From Nanobdellota archaeon (lineage in GTDB: Archaea > Nanobdellota > Nanobdellia > Parvarchaeales > Parvarchaeaceae), in the NCBI GenBank assembly GCA_021802105.1, contig JAKAAW010000002.1, positions 993 to 64,992 on the forward strand: a stretch of DNA of 64,000 bases, given 5' to 3'. Position numbers and translations under genes: made by a program. Shown one piece after another: positions 25,424 through 34,075 of the stretch (position 1 is its first letter; each line of letters begins with the position of its first letter). The notes under the pieces are model-generated. The model was not told where the DNA came from. It did not search any database and was given only the letters and a program-made list of their open reading frames with translations.

Positions 25424-25930
25424 ATGGCACAGATGAAAAGCTATATCCCGAACGACATAGATAAAAAGCTAAGGATCCAAGCGATGGTAAGATTCGGTTA
25501 CGGCAGGGGATCCATAAGTAAGGCTGTGGAAGAGGCGTTAATGCAGTGGTTAAAGAAGGAGGCAGTAATAAATGATGTGATACAGAGGATAATTGAACAC
25601 GGGAAGGAGGATAAAAACATAACTGCGATAATACTATTTGGAAGCTATGCAAGAAAGGAGCCTGGCTTCAATGACGTTGACGTGGGTTTTTTGGTGAAAA
25701 TCAGCGAAGAATTCGATATATTAAAATACATCAATCTGCTTGAGGGCGAAGCTGCAAATCTTTTTCAGATGACGGTCATAAACAGTTTCCCAGAATGGAC
25801 ACAGGTACATATAATCGACGAGGGAGTGCTCCTGCAGGTGAATGACAGGAGCGAATTATATGGCTATACTTCCAAGCTTATACGCAATTTTTCTGACAAC
25901 GCACATATAGCGGCGCTGCTTAGAAGCTGA
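25424..25930 (+). CDS. mntA: RHH-fused minimal nucleotidyltransferase (second MntA-type antitoxin)
   Basis: N-terminal SYIPNDIDKKLRIQAMVRFGYGRGSISKAVEEALMQWL (CopG/RHH-like), then LFGSYARKEPGFNDVDVGFL. Confidence 0.75.
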   Translation: MAQMKSYIPNDIDKKLRIQAMVRFGYGRGSISKAVEEALMQWLKKEAVINDVIQRIIEHGKEDKNITAIILFGSYARKEPGFNDVDVGFLVKISEEFDILKYINLLEGEAANLFQMTVINSFPEWTQVHIIDEGVLLQVNDRSELYGYTSKLIRNFSDNAHIAALLRS

Positions 25931-25932
25931 TT

Positions 25933-26364
25933 ATGGAATACGATATGCGTGACAGGATAATCGATAAACTAAATGAGATAGATGTACATTTAAACCGGAT
26001 AAAAAGTATACGTGTAAATAGTTTTGAAGATTACAAAAACGCGGACCCGAATATAAAGTATTCAACGGAGAGGAACCTGCAGCTGATAAGCGACGCAGAG
26101 CTGGACGTAGTTGTCCTAATGTACAAAAAATTCGGCAGGGACGTAGCAGGGGGCCTGCCATCGATGATAAAATCGTTAAAATCCGTGTTGAGCAGTAGCC
26201 TGCTTGGATATTTTGATAAACGGAGGGAACTTAGGAACAGATTGGTGCATGTATATAAGGAATTTTCATTCGATAAGGAAGTCTTTGAATCCAGCAGGGA
26301 CACAGCAGATATTGAAGCGTTTGTGCAGGAAATTAAAAAAATAATAGACAGGGATTGGACTTAA
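25933..26364 (+). CDS. hepT: HEPN (DUF86) toxin (second HepT)
   Basis: RRELRNRLVHVYKEF contains Rx4H. The gene starts 2 nt after the MNT stop. Confidence 0.75.
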   Translation: MEYDMRDRIIDKLNEIDVHLNRIKSIRVNSFEDYKNADPNIKYSTERNLQLISDAELDVVVLMYKKFGRDVAGGLPSMIKSLKSVLSSSLLGYFDKRRELRNRLVHVYKEFSFDKEVFESSRDTADIEAFVQEIKKIIDRDWT

Positions 26365-26486
26365 AGCTGCGGGACTAGAGTTTTATATCTGGCTCCTCAG
26401 CATTTTGCACGGATGATCTTTGTCTTGCTATTTGTTTCCTAGACTCATATCTCTTTATTTTCGGATCGGCCAGCGCAATTAGACGC

Positions 26487-26504
26487 CATATGCAAAGGCA
26501 TATG
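26487..26504. promoter_or_regulatory. Perfect 7-4-7 palindrome upstream of the mer operon; candidate operator
   Basis: CATATGC-AAAG-GCATATG, about 76 nt upstream of the first mer-operon ATG (26580). Confidence 0.35.
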
Positions 26505-26550
26505 CACCCTATAACAAGTAATTATGTACACCCTGTGAAATGTGGCAGAT

Positions 26551-26574
26551 TTATATATGATAAAAATATCATAT
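26551..26574 (+). promoter_or_regulatory. TATA-like box plus an overlapping 8-4-8 palindrome directly upstream of the mer-operon start; candidate promoter/operator for a leaderless transcript
   Basis: TTATATAT at 26551-26558 lies about 25 nt upstream of the ATG at 26580. ATATGATA-AAAA-TATCATAT spans 26555-26574. Confidence 0.35.
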
Positions 26575-26579
26575 AATCA

Positions 26580-27101
26580 ATGATTCGAGACATAAAGAAA
26601 GTTATATCTTTGAGAGTATACGCATTCCTTTTTTCTATCCTTTTTACCTCAATATTTATTATTTACTTCTACCTACTGGAGAGCTCTGCAACTGGTATAA
26701 TGGACTTTAAATCATACTATATCTACTTTGATATATTGTCTGCGCTCATAATTTCATTTTTAGTGGGCTTAGTTATAACGCTCAACGTCTATTCTTATAG
26801 GTTAAAAACTAAGACAAGCAAAAAGCTGACTTTAAGCTCAATAATAGGTGCAATACTACCAAGCAGTCTATGTTGTACCAGCGTGATACCTTCATTGATG
26901 GCAGCGCTTGGGTTTTCAACATCTTTTATAGTCGGAAACACCGGAAAATTGCAGTCATTTTTTTCCTTGTATAGCCCGGGATTTATTGTGGCAGGGGCTG
27001 CAATAGCATTTTTTGGGCTTGTTCAGGTAACAAAAAATATAAACGCAAATTGTAGAATAACCAAAAATTCAAAGAATGATCGTTGCGAGGTTAAGGAATG
27101 A
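26580..27101 (+). CDS. Membrane protein with a MerT/MerF-like vicinal-cysteine helix (putative Hg(II) uptake protein)
   Basis: 4-5 TM helices. LPSSLCCTSVIPSLMAALGFS resembles the MerT TM1 sequence ..ACCLGPLVLIALGFS. It is the first gene of an operon that ends with merA. Confidence 0.5.
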   Translation: MIRDIKKVISLRVYAFLFSILFTSIFIIYFYLLESSATGIMDFKSYYIYFDILSALIISFLVGLVITLNVYSYRLKTKTSKKLTLSSIIGAILPSSLCCTSVIPSLMAALGFSTSFIVGNTGKLQSFFSLYSPGFIVAGAAIAFFGLVQVTKNINANCRITKNSKNDRCEVKE

Positions 27102-27652
27102 AAATCAGAATAAAATACTTGTTGTATATCGCCGTTTTGGTAATCGCCATGTTTATATTGTTGAATTTTTTAGTGCTGAACAATGCAAAATCCGGTGAGT
27201 ATCTCTCAGTAGGGGAAACCGCCCCAAATTACACCTTTCAACTTGCTAATGGCAGCACACAAAGCCTAAGCAGCTACAGTGGGAAACCGCTTATTTTATG
27301 GTTTGTAGCTACATGGTGCAGCAGTTGCGCACAGGGCAACACTGCAGTAGCAGAGAATCTTGGTTTCTTCAAAGAGCATAACGTCAAGATTGTAGAGCTG
27401 GAGCAGTACAATGACCTTGGAAGTGCAGGAATGTCAATCTCTAAGTTTATTTCTGAATACGGAAATAACAACACTTATATAACTGGGGGAATTGCAAGCT
27501 ACAACATGACACTGGCTTATAACACTCCTCCAAGTTTACAGCTTGACATATATTATCTGATAAGCCCGAATGGAAAGATACTAAATATAGGAGAAGGAAT
27601 CGCTGGCGGGATAGGAAATCTGGAGAATACAATATTAAAAGATGGCCTATGA
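27098..27652 (+). CDS. Membrane-anchored thioredoxin-fold protein (TlpA/ResA/redoxin-like)
   Basis: N-terminal TM anchor, then GKPLILWFVATWCSSCAQ (the WCxxC thioredoxin motif). ATGA overlaps occur at both ends of the gene. Confidence 0.7.
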   Translation: MKIRIKYLLYIAVLVIAMFILLNFLVLNNAKSGEYLSVGETAPNYTFQLANGSTQSLSSYSGKPLILWFVATWCSSCAQGNTAVAENLGFFKEHNVKIVELEQYNDLGSAGMSISKFISEYGNNNTYITGGIASYNMTLAYNTPPSLQLDIYYLISPNGKILNIGEGIAGGIGNLENTILKDGL

Positions 27653-27972
27653 AAAAAGCAACTGATTTTTTCTTTGACGCATTAGCAAACAAAAACAGAT
27701 TCAATATACTTATGCATCTCAGAAATAAAGAGATATGTGCAGGTGAGCTTCAAAAGAATCTTGGGATAGGACAGACTAACCTGTCGCATGACTTGAAATG
27801 CCTGCTTAATTGTGGGTTTATAATCATGAGGAAGGACGGGAGAAAAAGAGTTTACAAGATAAACACTGAAACAAAGGGATTAGTAGATGAAGTGGCAAAG
27901 CACGTTAAAATTTATGAAAGGTATTTGAAGAAATGTGGTATACTAAAGGAGGAAAAAAATGGAAGAATATGA
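27649..27972 (+). CDS. ArsR/SmtB-family metal-responsive transcriptional regulator
   Basis: NRFNILMHLRNKEICAGELQKNLGIGQTNLSHDLKCLLNCGFIIMRKDGRKRVY is a typical ArsR wHTH, with Cys candidates at EIC and CLLNC. Confidence 0.8.
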   Translation: MKKATDFFFDALANKNRFNILMHLRNKEICAGELQKNLGIGQTNLSHDLKCLLNCGFIIMRKDGRKRVYKINTETKGLVDEVAKHVKIYERYLKKCGILKEEKNGRI

Positions 27973-29374
27973 ATACGCAGTAGTGGGACACGGAGCTGCT
28001 GCCTTTGCTGCTGCATTGAAAGCGGATGATGCAGGGATAAAAACAGTGATGATAGGAAAAAATGAAACCGCCGGAGCAATTCTCGGTGGAACCTGCGTAA
28101 ACGTGGGATGCGTTCCTAGTAAAAGACTTATAACATTAGGAAATTTATTAGACAAAATAAATTACAGGAGATTTGATGGTTTATCCTACCTTACAAGGAT
28201 AGAAAATTTTAGCAAGATAATGCAAGATAAAGAATTTCTTGTTGAAAGTATGCGTTTCTCAAAATATAAGAAGGTACTTGGTAAATTAAAAAACGTGAAG
28301 TATGTGAACGGCTTTGCAAGCTTTAAAGATAAGAACATATTAATGGTAAACGGGCAAGAGATAAGAGCAAAGAAAATACTGATTGCAACTGGTGCGAGAG
28401 CAAAAATACCTAGAATAGACGGAATAGAAAAGATAAGATACTTGACAAATGAAGAGGCACTTTCACTGGAAAAACTTCCAAAGTCAATTATAATAGTAGG
28501 CGGAAGGGCATTGGGCCTTGAATTTGCGGAGTTGTTCGCTCATTTAGGAGTACAGGTTACTTTGTTGCAGAGAAGCGATAGAATACTGCCTGACTGGGAG
28601 CCTGAAGTTAGTTATTATCTTGAGCAGTACCTGAAGGAGGATGGGATAAATATAATAACTAATGTTAAAATAGATGAGGTTTCAAAGATTAAAGGGCTTA
28701 TAAACTTAACATTTTCCGTAAAAGGAATCAAAAGGGAATCAAAGGCAGAAGAGATTCTGCTGGCAACTGGCAGAATGCCGAACATAGAGAAATTGAATTT
28801 AAACAACATTGGAATAAAACTCGACAAGGATGGCTTTATAAAAATAAACAAGTACCTGGAAACTTCTGTCGAGGGGATTTATGCTGCTGGAGATGTAACA
28901 GGAGAGCCCATGCTTGAGGCATTGGCAGCCGCGGAGGGGAATAAAGCAACCATAAATGCATTCGGCGGCAAAAAAGTAGCAATTGACCTAAATTCTGTAC
29001 CTTCTGCTGTTTTCACATTTCCGGAAGCTGCGAGGGTTGGATTGACTGATAAAGAAGCGAACAACAATGGAATAAAGTGTGCCTGTCGGCCGGTGATGTT
29101 TAAAGATCTAGCCAAGGCAGGTATAATAAAAGATACTAGAGGATTGATAAAGATGGTAATAAACGCTAAGACTAAACGTATATTAGGCGTAGAAATAGTC
29201 GGAGAAAATGCAGCCGATCTAATACACGAATCTGTACTAGCTATAAAATTCAAGCTTACAATAGACGACATAATTGATACTGTTCATATATTTCCAACTT
29301 TAAGCGAGATAACGAAACTTGGAGCTCTATCATTTTATCATAACATAGATGACTTAAGCTGCTGCAGTGAATAG
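27959..29374 (+). CDS. merA: Mercuric reductase MerA (core enzyme, no NmerA domain)
   Basis: FAD fold VVGHGAAAFAAALKA, redox-active GGTCVNVGCVPSK, C-terminal vicinal Cys pair ..DDLSCCSE (MerA hallmark), and GGAGG 8 nt upstream of the ATG. Confidence 0.8.
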   Translation: MEEYEYAVVGHGAAAFAAALKADDAGIKTVMIGKNETAGAILGGTCVNVGCVPSKRLITLGNLLDKINYRRFDGLSYLTRIENFSKIMQDKEFLVESMRFSKYKKVLGKLKNVKYVNGFASFKDKNILMVNGQEIRAKKILIATGARAKIPRIDGIEKIRYLTNEEALSLEKLPKSIIIVGGRALGLEFAELFAHLGVQVTLLQRSDRILPDWEPEVSYYLEQYLKEDGINIITNVKIDEVSKIKGLINLTFSVKGIKRESKAEEILLATGRMPNIEKLNLNNIGIKLDKDGFIKINKYLETSVEGIYAAGDVTGEPMLEALAAAEGNKATINAFGGKKVAIDLNSVPSAVFTFPEAARVGLTDKEANNNGIKCACRPVMFKDLAKAGIIKDTRGLIKMVINAKTKRILGVEIVGENAADLIHESVLAIKFKLTIDDIIDTVHIFPTLSEITKLGALSFYHNIDDLSCCSE

Positions 29375-29761
29375 ACAAGAATTTAAGTTTATTTTAAGAT
29401 CATACGACGATGTCAGTCACTTGTGTAGTTTTCTATTTGATTAGATAGATAACATATAGGTAAAGATTAATTGAAATAGACAAAAAATCGGAAAAAATAG
29501 CTGTTTTGCACGGGTTATCTATGATTTTGATTCTTTATCCCCGATTATGACTCCTACTATAAGCAGTATAGCACTAAGAACCACCTCGAAGACTATAAGT
29601 TTCGGAAGGGAGATGTCCCTTGATTTAAAGTAAGCCAGAGCGCTTGTCACTCAGGCTATTACCAATCCGATGCCGACACCCAAAAAGTATCTCGCTGGAA
29701 GGGTATAGAAAGTAAGCCGAGTACCGTCCACGCTTATAATACACAGGTACCTTACACAAGT

Positions 29762-29998
29762 ATGACAGACGAAAGACAGCAGGAGGACAATTCCGCTAGA
29801 AAGAGCTCTACAAAAAAGAAGGTAGTCGTCATGACGATAACGGCGCTGTACTTCGTATTCGGGTTTTTCGCGCTTGTTATCTTGTTGGGGAGGGTCATCA
29901 ACCCGAACTACGCGGGACTCATAGGTTTAGTGTACCTAGCGCTAGGTTGGTATTTCTTGGTGAAGAGGCGCACGCTTATACACTTGATGAAACACTGA
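29762..29998 (+). CDS. Small two-TM membrane protein (hypothetical)
   Basis: 78 aa with a charged N-terminus and two hydrophobic helices. It lies in a region otherwise full of decayed fragments. Confidence 0.35.
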   Translation: MTDERQQEDNSARKSSTKKKVVVMTITALYFVFGFFALVILLGRVINPNYAGLIGLVYLALGWYFLVKRRTLIHLMKH

Positions 29999-30355
29999 AC
30001 AACTTGTGTATGTTTTTTACCGAAGCCGAAGTTATATTTATATATAACATCAGTGTCCTTAGCGAGTTCAACGTTTGTTTCATTTAATTCGGCACTGTGC
30101 TCCAGAAATCCCATGTTAGCAGTTGTGCAATACTAAGCTGTTATTTCATTTTTAATTGCCTACATAAATGCATTCATTATTGTTTCCTTGGCTTTATACC
30201 CTACACTTTATATTCTAATTGGGCTAAGATTACTGCAAGAGTCGTGTGTGTATCATGCCAAATTTATCTTATTTTCATTTGTTCTGCCCACTGATAATAG
30301 TCATTTCCTAAGAGAACACGGTGGTTATACCAATGTCGTGATTTCTTCTTTAATA

Positions 30356-30817
30356 TTACCAGAAAGCACTGAATTTGTCGTAACGACCGATTGCATGATA
30401 TATAGTGTTCATATCCTTCTTTAGAGCATTTAAACCGTTCTCATCTGGGCTATAAGCCACTTTTATTTTTTCTGCATAGTTGTTCTTATCTATCTCAGCT
30501 TTAACTCCATTGTCCAGCAAGTCTAGATATAACTTCGAGAATTCTGCGCTGGTCTTGTCTGTGGGATTGTTTATGGTAAGGAAAATACTCATAGGTCTGT
30601 CAACTATGCGTTTCTTTCCTCTTAGGTCATACTGGACGGTAAACTGTGCGAAACGCAACTCACTGTGAAAGATATGCATGTTGCATGGAAGCATTAGTAC
30701 CTGATTCACTCGGCCTGGATCTATGTTCGGGTATGCCTCATGGTACAGCATGAGTTTTCTTAGCTCTGCCTTGTTGACAGCATCCAACACATCTTCTAGA
30801 AGTATCTGTTTTGCCAT
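30356..30817 (-). CDS. Hypothetical protein (153 aa from the MAKQILLEDV start)
   Basis: Clean ORF. TTATATATATAAA sits about 25 nt upstream of the ATG at 30817, which suggests a leaderless start. No recognised motif. Confidence 0.5.
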   Translation of the reverse strand: MAKQILLEDVLDAVNKAELRKLMLYHEAYPNIDPGRVNQVLMLPCNMHIFHSELRFAQFTVQYDLRGKKRIVDRPMSIFLTINNPTDKTSAEFSKLYLDLLDNGVKAEIDKNNYAEKIKVAYSPDENGLNALKKDMNTIYHAIGRYDKFSAFW

Positions 30818-30878
30818 ATAACTTATGATAGATTTATATATATAACCTTTAAACATCATCAATTAGATATAGGTAACC

Positions 30879-31313
30879 CTACTGGTTTACACCAGCAACC
30901 TTTATCTCGAAGTTGAGCGTCTTGCCTGCCAATGGGAAATTGAAGTCTATTGTGACGTCCTCTCCAGCTACCTCAGTTATTAGTCCCCTGTGCCCTTGAC
31001 TGGAATTAGCAGCCATCCCTACCTTGACTTCCTGACCATTAAACTGTTTCTTCTGAACTTTGGCTATCAGATCCTTCCTTGGCTGTCCATACGCGTCTTC
31101 AGGAGCGATGCTTACACTCTTTGTTTCTCCAATTTTCATACCTATTACAGCTTTATCAAAGCCCTTTATGACATGCCCAGAGCCAACCTCAAATTTCAAA
31201 GGCTCTTTTCCTTCGTTAGAATCGAAAACGGTCCCATCTTCAAGCGTACCTTTATAGAATACACTGACATTATCCCCTTTCTTTACAACACTGTTGTTTG
31301 TTTCCTCTGCCAT
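30879..31313 (-). CDS. FKBP-type peptidyl-prolyl isomerase (SlyD-like, short)
   Basis: VSVFYKGTLEDGTVFDSN, FEVGSGHVIKGFDKAVIGMKIGE, NFPLAGKTLNFEIKV. Confidence 0.8.
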   Translation of the reverse strand: MAEETNNSVVKKGDNVSVFYKGTLEDGTVFDSNEGKEPLKFEVGSGHVIKGFDKAVIGMKIGETKSVSIAPEDAYGQPRKDLIAKVQKKQFNGQEVKVGMAANSSQGHRGLITEVAGEDVTIDFNFPLAGKTLNFEIKVAGVNQ

Positions 31314-31407
31314 CGCTCTCACCTCATAAAATTCCAATATATTATCAGGAACCACCCTTTAAAAAGAGAAGTTAAAACCCTTATTTTGATATTATCTATT
31401 TATCAGA

Positions 31408-33288
31408 TTAACTTGCAGTCACAACAGTTTCTGCATGTGCACCGATTTTTCCAAATAGATTTATACTATAAGAATCTCCTGAAATAAGCACGGCAAAAGG
31501 AGATGGTATCTTTACACCATTGTCACTTTGTACCTGCTGGGACGGTCCTAAATTCAATAAGCCACTGAGGGTAAACGTAATCGAATCTCCAGGCATAAGG
31601 GTATAACCTTTAGGTATCTGGTCCGGGTTTATCGTGACATTCGTATTGGTCGCGCCGTTGGCAATTGTATTCAATGCCGCGCCGTTCGCACTCGTCGAAT
31701 TAGAAACTACCTTTGTGCTCATCGCGTACATTGGTGGGAATCCAAGCGTACCGTTCGGGAATATCATGCGACCTATAGGGAACTTAGCTGCTCGTAAAGT
31801 TATCTGCAGCGGTGGAGTTACAGTCGGTGGTGCCATGCCGGCCGGGAATTGTATATAGAGCGTCGTTCCAACAGGAAGCGTTACCGCCGTGGCTCCAGAT
31901 GGTATAGTGACATTCAGGGCAGGCCCTTGCTGAGAACCATTTTGCTGGATAGTGTGTGTAAATTGCGGCATTGTAGTAGTTTTATAAACTATATCACCGC
32001 TGACATTGACAAGTGCTCCCGTTGAGTTTAATGATATTGCATGCGCTGGTGTGACTATTTTCAAGAAATAGAAAGTTCCATTTAATGTAATATTCAGAGA
32101 TACTGTACTATTTGTGCTGTTAATATAACCTGTACTATTTGACGTTTTTGTATTTGTACTGTTAATAGCACTTTTGTTAATATAACTTGTGCTAATAGAG
32201 GGTGTTATATTTGTACTGTTAATAGCACTTTTGTTAATATAACCTGTACTATTTGACGTTTTTGTATTTGTACTGTTAATCGGAGGTCGAGTCGGTATAG
32301 AAGGCAACGTAAACGTTGATGTTGTGTTCATTATCGTGCCATTGGGGAATGTTATCACCATCTTTGGAGGAGGTATAAAACCAGATGGGGTTAGCACGCC
32401 CGCTGGTGGAGTTATAGGGAGTTGCATGATCATGGATGGAAGACGGAAGAGCTCACTCATTGGAGGTTGTGGGAAATACACTTTTTTGAGCCCATTTATC
32501 ATTATACCGTTCAGCTGCACGCTATCATTCCCAGTGTTCTTTACGGTTACACTAAGATTGGTATAGTTACCGTCGATGGATATTGACGCAGAAGTAACAT
32601 TTATGGTAGGCGTTACATTGTTGAACAATTTACCTAAGCTTACATTGGAAGAAAAGTTCACCTTAGAACCTACTGGAGGAAGAGACTGTATTATTCCATG
32701 CTGCACACTAGAGGATCTGCTTAAAAATATGTTTGGTGGAGTTATGACAGCTCTCACATTAGCAGTCAAAACGTACACAGTCTTATCTACCGTTTCTATG
32801 GCTGTGACTGAAGGAATTAAGTCGACAAGCGCGTTTTTCTGCCCAGATATTGAATTGTTGGACGTTACATTTATCGTCAGTGTCCTTTCGCCTATCACGA
32901 CAGTATAGTTTTCGCCGCCTATCGTTATAATAGCATTGGATATATTAATTTTTATCTGCGTGACTTTAGAACCATTAAGAACGTTTGTTGATGCTAACAC
33001 TATCGATGAATTTTGCAGGCTTAGCACGTTTACGGTACCACTTCCTGGAAGTGTCTGCGTGCTTACGCCGCCACTATGCGAAATCTGGAGTTGCAGAGCA
33101 GAATATGTCACGAACAGCGCCGTGGTCCCTTGTGGCACTGTTGCAGGATCAGTAAGACTAAGGAAGAAATTTTTCTGTAAAGGAACTGAACTGGTCGTTG
33201 GGAACAAATTGTTAAAGATCATATACCCTGCGACAATAGCTATTACCGCCACAACGGTGACCATCATTAAGTAGGTTTTCGCACCCAT
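31408..33288 (-). CDS. Large secreted or membrane-anchored, heavily sequon-rich surface (S-layer-like) glycoprotein
   Basis: N-terminal anchor MGAKTYLMMVTVVAVIAIVAGYMIF. Dozens of N-x-S/T sequons and Thr/Ser/Asn/Pro-rich repeats. Confidence 0.6.
   Translation of the reverse strand: MGAKTYLMMVTVVAVIAIVAGYMIFNNLFPTTSSVPLQKNFFLSLTDPATVPQGTTALFVTYSALQLQISHSGGVSTQTLPGSGTVNVLSLQNSSIVLASTNVLNGSKVTQIKINISNAIITIGGENYTVVIGERTLTINVTSNNSISGQKNALVDLIPSVTAIETVDKTVYVLTANVRAVITPPNIFLSRSSSVQHGIIQSLPPVGSKVNFSSNVSLGKLFNNVTPTINVTSASISIDGNYTNLSVTVKNTGNDSVQLNGIMINGLKKVYFPQPPMSELFRLPSMIMQLPITPPAGVLTPSGFIPPPKMVITFPNGTIMNTTSTFTLPSIPTRPPINSTNTKTSNSTGYINKSAINSTNITPSISTSYINKSAINSTNTKTSNSTGYINSTNSTVSLNITLNGTFYFLKIVTPAHAISLNSTGALVNVSGDIVYKTTTMPQFTHTIQQNGSQQGPALNVTIPSGATAVTLPVGTTLYIQFPAGMAPPTVTPPLQITLRAAKFPIGRMIFPNGTLGFPPMYAMSTKVVSNSTSANGAALNTIANGATNTNVTINPDQIPKGYTLMPGDSITFTLSGLLNLGPSQQVQSDNGVKIPSPFAVLISGDSYSINLFGKIGAHAETVVTAS
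32100..32285. repeat. Tandem repeat of 57 nt (19 aa), about 3 copies, inside the surface-protein gene
   Basis: GTTAATATAACCTGTACTATTTGACGTTTTTGTATTTGTACTGTTAAT occurs exactly at 32119-32166 and 32233-32280, with a diverged copy between. The protein reads INSTNTKTSNSTGYINKSA / INSTNITPSISTSYINKSA / INSTNTKTSNSTGYIN. Confidence 0.85.
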
Positions 33289-33451
33289 AATGTTATTGTA
33301 ACAATGCACTAATTTAAATACCTATCTGCAATAAACTCATGTTTACTGCACGATTCTTCAAGAACCGTTCAAGACGCTTATTCCTGGCTGTAGAATGCCC
33401 ACTGTTCATCTTTGCTTCCATTTTTTATTGATTATCCGTACTAAATGTAAT

Positions 33452-34012
33452 TCAGTAAGATGAGAAGGATATCTTTATCTTCTCCATTTTCCTGTAGAAA
33501 TCCCCCTCTTCAACCTCCTCTTTCGGCTTGTATATAAGGTGTTCAAAGCCGGTCCAGATACTGAACCAGCTTGCCGGCGTTAGGACTATGCCTATGACGT
33601 CTGTCAGCAGAGAACCGATATCAAAAGTAGTAGGTGCTGACAGGGCGATGGCTTCTACAAGACCAATGGCTATTCCTATAATTATGAGCAGTATCGCTTG
33701 ATTTTTGTATGCTATCAGGGCGTCACGCACGTTTATATAGTGCTTTCTGAAATGTCTTCTGAGCCTGTTCTTTATCACAGTTTCCTGAGCAATATTCCTT
33801 GTGTCCTTAGGGATCAGGAAACGAAGCTCAAGGTTCTCATCTTTGTCTCGCGCAGCGCGTTTCGCTTCCGCTAAGAAATCTTCTGAAAGGGCACGTTCGT
33901 TATATGGTCTCGGATCAAAGTCTGAGAATATGTCATCATAGGTGTCTAGGATAATACTTATCTCAGTCTCATTTATAATACCCTTAATGGCTTCCTGTAT
34001 CTCTTCTACCAT
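33452..34012 (-). CDS. Hypothetical membrane protein (cytosolic N-domain plus two C-terminal TM helices)
   Basis: Clean 186-aa ORF with hydrophobic segments AILLIIIGIAIGLVEAIAL and VIGIVLTPASWFSIW. Confidence 0.5.
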   Translation of the reverse strand: MVEEIQEAIKGIINETEISIILDTYDDIFSDFDPRPYNERALSEDFLAEAKRAARDKDENLELRFLIPKDTRNIAQETVIKNRLRRHFRKHYINVRDALIAYKNQAILLIIIGIAIGLVEAIALSAPTTFDIGSLLTDVIGIVLTPASWFSIWTGFEHLIYKPKEEVEEGDFYRKMEKIKISFSSY

Positions 34013-34075
34013 ACTATTAGTATCAATGGGTAATTTAAACCGTTAATATTGATATTCCTGTCTTAAAATTTCTTT

